Below, piece after piece: positions 60,554 through 64,000 of a DNA stretch of 64,000 nucleotides. The notes below the pieces were generated by a model. It did no database searches. It was not told the origin of the DNA and saw nothing but the letters and a program-made list of their open reading frames with translations. The stretch lies in NCBI RefSeq assembly GCF_055900595.2, contig NZ_CM148325.1. One strand, 5' to 3'. Each line of letters starts with the position of its first letter. The stretch's first letter is position 1. The position numbers and the translations under genes were made by a program.

Positions 60554-61144
60554 ATGAAGGGGCTTGAGAATGCCATCCGCAATCTGAACAGCCTTGATAC
60601 CCGTATGGTGCCACAGGCCAGCGCATGGGCGATAAACCGTGTGGCACAGAAAGCGGTCTCGGTTGCCACCCGGCAGGTTGCCGGGAATACCGTTGCGGGA
60701 GATAACCAGGTGAAAGGGATCCCCCTGAAACTGGTACGTCAGCGTGTCCGGGTGTTTAAAGCCAGTCCGTCAGGAAAAATGACGGCCAGGATCCGCGTTA
60801 ACCGGGGCAATCTGCCCGCCATCAAACTGAACACAACACGGCGGCGTGCTGGTGAAGGACTGAGAGTGGGAAAATACTTTTTCCGGGGGGCATTTGTTCA
60901 GCAACTGGCGAATGGCCGCTGGCATGTTCTGAGGCGTCTTCCTGAAGCGCGTTTTGCAACAGGGCATGACCATCAGGGCAGGCCAAGAAAAAATCGTCTT
61001 CCTGTGGAGGTAGTGAAAATCCCGCTGTCCGGACCGCTGACACAGGCATTTGAAGATGCCCGCGACCACATCATTGCTGCGGAAATGCCGAAACAGCTGG
61101 GGTATGCACTGAAACAACAACTGAGGTTATGGCTGACCCGATGA
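60554..61144 (+). CDS. Tail completion protein (lambda gpZ-like)
   Basis: 196-aa ORF MKGLENAIRNLNSLDTRMVPQASAWAINRVAQKAVSVATRQVAGN... Confidence 0.65.
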   Translation: MKGLENAIRNLNSLDTRMVPQASAWAINRVAQKAVSVATRQVAGNTVAGDNQVKGIPLKLVRQRVRVFKASPSGKMTARIRVNRGNLPAIKLNTTRRRAGEGLRVGKYFFRGAFVQQLANGRWHVLRRLPEARFATGHDHQGRPRKNRLPVEVVKIPLSGPLTQAFEDARDHIIAAEMPKQLGYALKQQLRLWLTR

Positions 61145-61542
61145 ACCGACATACACAAATCCGCCAGGTCGTACTGGCACGCCTTCGGGAACAGTGTGGA
61201 GACAGCGCCACGTTTTTTGACGGGCTTCCGGCATTTATTGATGCGCAGGAACTGCCTGCCGTGGCGGTGTGGCTGAGTGATGCTCAGTACACCGGAAAAA
61301 TGACGGATGAAGATGACTGGCAGGCTGTTCTGCATATTGCCGTCTTCATCCGGGCACAGGCACCGGATTCAGAGCTGGATATGTGGATGGAGAGCACCAT
61401 TTTCCCGGCCCTGAATGATGTACCGGCACTTTCCGGACTCATCGACACCCTGAACCCACTCGGTTTTAACTATCAACGTGATAATGAGATGGCCACCTGG
61501 GCGATGGCGGAAATCACGTACCAGATCACGTACACGAATTAA
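61141..61542 (+). CDS. Tail terminator protein (lambda gpU-like)
   Basis: ORF MNRHTQIRQVVLARLREQCGDSATFFDGLPAFIDAQELPAVAVWLSDAQYTGK... aligns with lambda gpU (…ATFFDGRPAVFDEADFPAVAVYLTGAEYTGE…) from memory; start overlaps gpZ stop. Confidence 0.8.
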   Translation: MNRHTQIRQVVLARLREQCGDSATFFDGLPAFIDAQELPAVAVWLSDAQYTGKMTDEDDWQAVLHIAVFIRAQAPDSELDMWMESTIFPALNDVPALSGLIDTLNPLGFNYQRDNEMATWAMAEITYQITYTN

Positions 61543-61552
61543 GGAGGTGGTA

Positions 61553-62296
61553 ATGACCACACCAAATCCACTGGCAAAGACGAAAGGTGCGGGGACGACG
61601 TTCTGGATGTATACCGGCAACGGCGATGCGTTTGCGAACCCTTTGTCGGACACTGACTGGCTGCGTCTTGCGATGGTGAAGGATCTGCAACCTGGCGAAA
61701 TGACCGCTGATGCAGAAGATGACACTTATCTCGATGATGAAGATGCAGACTGGAAAACGACAACCCAGGGGCAGAAATCCGTTGGTGATACTTCGGCGAC
61801 GCTGGCCTGGCGTCCGGGTGACAGCGGGCAGAAAAAACTGGTTCAGTTGTTCGACTCCGGTGAAGTCTGCGCGTTTCGTATCAAATATCCCAACGGCACT
61901 GTTGATGTTTTCCGTGGCTGGCTGAGCTCACTGGGTAAAACCATTGCCTCAAAAGACGTGATGACCCGCACTGTGAAAATCAGCGGTGTGGGGCGTCCGT
62001 ATCTGGCAGAGGAAGGCACTGAAACCGTGAGCGTTACCGGGCTGACAGTATCACCGGCGTCTGCCAGTGTAAAAGTGGGAGCAACCACCACGCTGACCTT
62101 TACAGTAAAACCTGACGGAGCCAGTGACAAAGCGATCAGTGTGCATTCGTCAGATCCACAGACTGCCACGGTTACCCTGAACGGACTTGTGGCCACGGTA
62201 AAAGGCGTGAAGCAGGGCAGTGTCAGCATTGTGGGCATGACCGCTGACGGGAATTTTGTGGCTGTGACTGCGGTGACTGTCAGCGCAGCAGGTTAA
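61553..62296 (+). CDS. Major tail protein (lambda gpV-like) with C-terminal Ig-like domain
   Basis: ORF MTTPNPLAKTKGAGTTFWMYTGNGDAFANPLSDTDWLRLAMVKDL...YLDDEDADW...NGTVDVFRGW...; RBS AAGGAGG. Confidence 0.85.
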   Translation: MTTPNPLAKTKGAGTTFWMYTGNGDAFANPLSDTDWLRLAMVKDLQPGEMTADAEDDTYLDDEDADWKTTTQGQKSVGDTSATLAWRPGDSGQKKLVQLFDSGEVCAFRIKYPNGTVDVFRGWLSSLGKTIASKDVMTRTVKISGVGRPYLAEEGTETVSVTGLTVSPASASVKVGATTTLTFTVKPDGASDKAISVHSSDPQTATVTLNGLVATVKGVKQGSVSIVGMTADGNFVAVTAVTVSAAG

Positions 62297-62315
62297 CAGG
62301 ACGATACTCATCATT

Positions 62316-62341
62316 TGCCCCGGTTATGCGGGGCTTTTTTG
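62316..62341 (+). terminator. Rho-independent terminator after major tail gene
   Basis: GCCCCG-gttatg-CGGGGC stem followed by TTTTTT. Confidence 0.6.
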
Positions 62342-62353
62342 CAGGTGGAGAAC

Positions 62354-62743
62354 ATGATGTTTCTGAAACAGGACACGTTTAATTATGAAAAACAGTCCGT
62401 GGTGCTCAGTGAGCTGTCCGGGCTGCAGAGAATTGAATATCTGACGTTTGTTCAGCAGCGAACGGCAAAGTTTGATGCCGTGGAGGGAGAACTGCCGGAG
62501 GCTGAACGACAGATTGCTTTTCTGCGGATGGGGATGGATATCAATGCCTGGCTGGTTTCCCGCTCACTGTGGAATGCGGATCAGTCTAAGGATGTAGAGA
62601 CGCTTTGCGCATCCGTTATTACAACATGGTCGTATGATGCCCTGGGTGCGGGGGCGGAGATGGTTCTGTCGCTGAGCGGTATGGGGGCCATTGATAATGC
62701 CGTGGATGATGAGCATGAGGCGCTGACGCCGGAAAAGTCCTGA
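62354..62743 (+). CDS. Tail assembly chaperone (lambda gpG-like)
   Basis: ORF MMFLKQDTFNYEKQSVVLSELSGLQRIEYLTFVQQ... aligns with lambda gpG (MFLKTESFEHNGVTVTLSELSALQRIEHL...) from memory; RBS GGAG. Confidence 0.8.
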   Translation: MMFLKQDTFNYEKQSVVLSELSGLQRIEYLTFVQQRTAKFDAVEGELPEAERQIAFLRMGMDINAWLVSRSLWNADQSKDVETLCASVITTWSYDALGAGAEMVLSLSGMGAIDNAVDDEHEALTPEKS

Positions 62744-63081
62744 CGCGGGAAATGCAGTTTGTCATGCGGCTTGCCCGGGAGTTCCGGCGGGCAGACTGGC
62801 GGCGGATGCTGTCGGAAATGTCGGCCACTGAGCTTGGTGAGTGGGGCGATTATTTCCGGATGCAGAGCTTCAGTGATGTGTGGATGGATGCGCAGTTTGC
62901 CTCGCTGAAGGCATTGATCGTGAGAATGGTGTCCGGCAGCAGTGATGCTGCGGTGGCTGATTTCAGCCTTTTACCGGAAGAGAACGGGATACCGGAGCGA
63001 ACGGACGAAGAACTGATGCATCTTGGGGAAGGTATTTCCGGAGGTGTGCGTTATGGACCAGATAGCCAACCTGGTCATTGA
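62719..63081 (+). CDS. Tail assembly chaperone T segment (expected to be expressed as G-T fusion by -1 frameshift)
   Basis: -1 frame relative to G is open from 62719 (after TGA at 62716-62718) to 63081 and overlaps the last 8 codons of G; candidate slip site GGAAAAG at 62731-62737. Confidence 0.6.
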   Translation, partial: GADAGKVLTREMQFVMRLAREFRRADWRRMLSEMSATELGEWGDYFRMQSFSDVWMDAQFASLKALIVRMVSGSSDAAVADFSLLPEENGIPERTDEELMHLGEGISGGVRYGPDSQPGH

Positions 63082-64000
63082 TTTGGGGATTGATGCGGCA
63101 GAGTTTAAAAATGAAATTCCCCGTATCAAAAACCTTCTGAATGGTGCAGCCAGCGATGCAGAACGGTCTTCTGCCCGTATGCAGCGTTTTATGGAGCGTC
63201 AGACTCAGGCCGCCCGGCAGACAACGCAGGCAGCTTCTTCGGCTGCAACAGCCGCATCCGTCCATGCGCAGACGGTGGAGAAGAACGCACAGGCTCATGA
63301 ACGCATGGCCCGCGAGGTGGAGAAAACCCGCCAGCGCATGGAGGCACTGAGCCAGAAAATGCGCGAGGAACAGGCGCAGGCCATCGCTCTGGCGGAGGCT
63401 CAGGATAAAGCGGCTGCTGCGTTTTATCGTCAGATTGACAGTGTGAAACAGGCCAGTGCGGGGCTGCAGGAATTACAGCGTATTCAGCAGCAGATCCGAC
63501 AGGCCAGAAACAGTGGCGGGATTGGTCAGCAGGATTATCTGGCGCTGATTTCTGAGGTTACGGCGAAAACCCGTGTTCTTACGCAGGCTGAGGCAGAGGC
63601 TACCCGACAGAAAGTGGCGTTTATCCGTCAGCTTAAAGAGCAGGCAACCCGCCAGAATCTTTCTTCTTCTGAGTTGCTTCGTGCCAGGGCTGCCCAGCTG
63701 GGGGTAAGCAGTGCTGCAGAAGTGTATATCCGCAAAATGGAGCGGGCAGGAAAAGCCACGCATTCGCTGGGTCTGAAAAGTGCAGCGGCCCGCCAGGAGA
63801 TAGGCGTTCTGATAGGTGAACTGGCCCGCGGCAATTTAGGGGCGCTGAGGGGATCCGGGATAACGCTGGCTAACCGTGCCGGATGGATAGACACACTGAT
63901 GTCACCGAAAGGCATGATGCTGGGCGGGGTTATTGGCGGTATTACCGCGGCCGTCTATGGTCTGGGTAAAGCCTGGTATGACGGTCAGAAGGAGGGGGAA
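63053..64000 (+). CDS. Tail tape measure protein (lambda gpH-like), 5' portion; continues beyond window
   Basis: Open frame from ATG 63053 (RBS GGAGG) to window end: MDQIANLVIDLGIDAAEFKNEIPRIKNLLNGAASDAERSSARMQRFMERQTQAARQ...; Ala/Gln-rich coiled-coil character. Confidence 0.8.
   Translation, partial: MDQIANLVIDLGIDAAEFKNEIPRIKNLLNGAASDAERSSARMQRFMERQTQAARQTTQAASSAATAASVHAQTVEKNAQAHERMAREVEKTRQRMEALSQKMREEQAQAIALAEAQDKAAAAFYRQIDSVKQASAGLQELQRIQQQIRQARNSGGIGQQDYLALISEVTAKTRVLTQAEAEATRQKVAFIRQLKEQATRQNLSSSELLRARAAQLGVSSAAEVYIRKMERAGKATHSLGLKSAAARQEIGVLIGELARGNLGALRGSGITLANRAGWIDTLMSPKGMMLGGVIGGITAAVYGLGKAWYDGQKEGE

Overview
This window reads as an Escherichia coli chromosome segment in two parts. 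Positions 1-31,270 are a conserved core block (rstA, ydgC, folM, ydgI, ydgH, pntAB, tqsA, mdtJI, ydgD, asr, ynfM, ynfL, mlc, ynfK, clcB, dmsD, ynfHGFE, ynfDC, speG, ynfBA, rspAB), recognised from the translated ORFs and gene order. An IS10 element (1,329 bp, perfect 9-bp target duplication) is inserted in the 3' end of ydgH. From about 31,269 to the window end is a lambdoid prophage integrated in ydfJ, the site I recall the defective Qin prophage occupying in K-12. Here it looks complete: integrase/xis, a large RecE-like exonuclease, the ydfD-dicB-dicF-ydfA cell-division-inhibitor operon, a CI-like LexA-type repressor with a Cro-like partner, a replication gene carrying phased iterons, mok/hok, Q antiterminator, a moron island, lysis cassette, cold-shock genes, and lambda-like packaging, head and tail genes running off the window into the tape measure. 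The best candidate for an undescribed system is a two-gene AT-rich operon at 42,203-43,959: an unrecognisable 204-aa protein translationally coupled to an XRE-HTH/ImmA-IrrE zinc-peptidase fusion. Secondary candidates are a convergent gene pair inserted between holin and endolysin, a small strongly-initiated hydrophobic ORF upstream of hok, and the Q-to-holin moron island. All calls rest on reading the ORF translations and motifs by eye; no database search was run, and K-12 comparisons are from memory.
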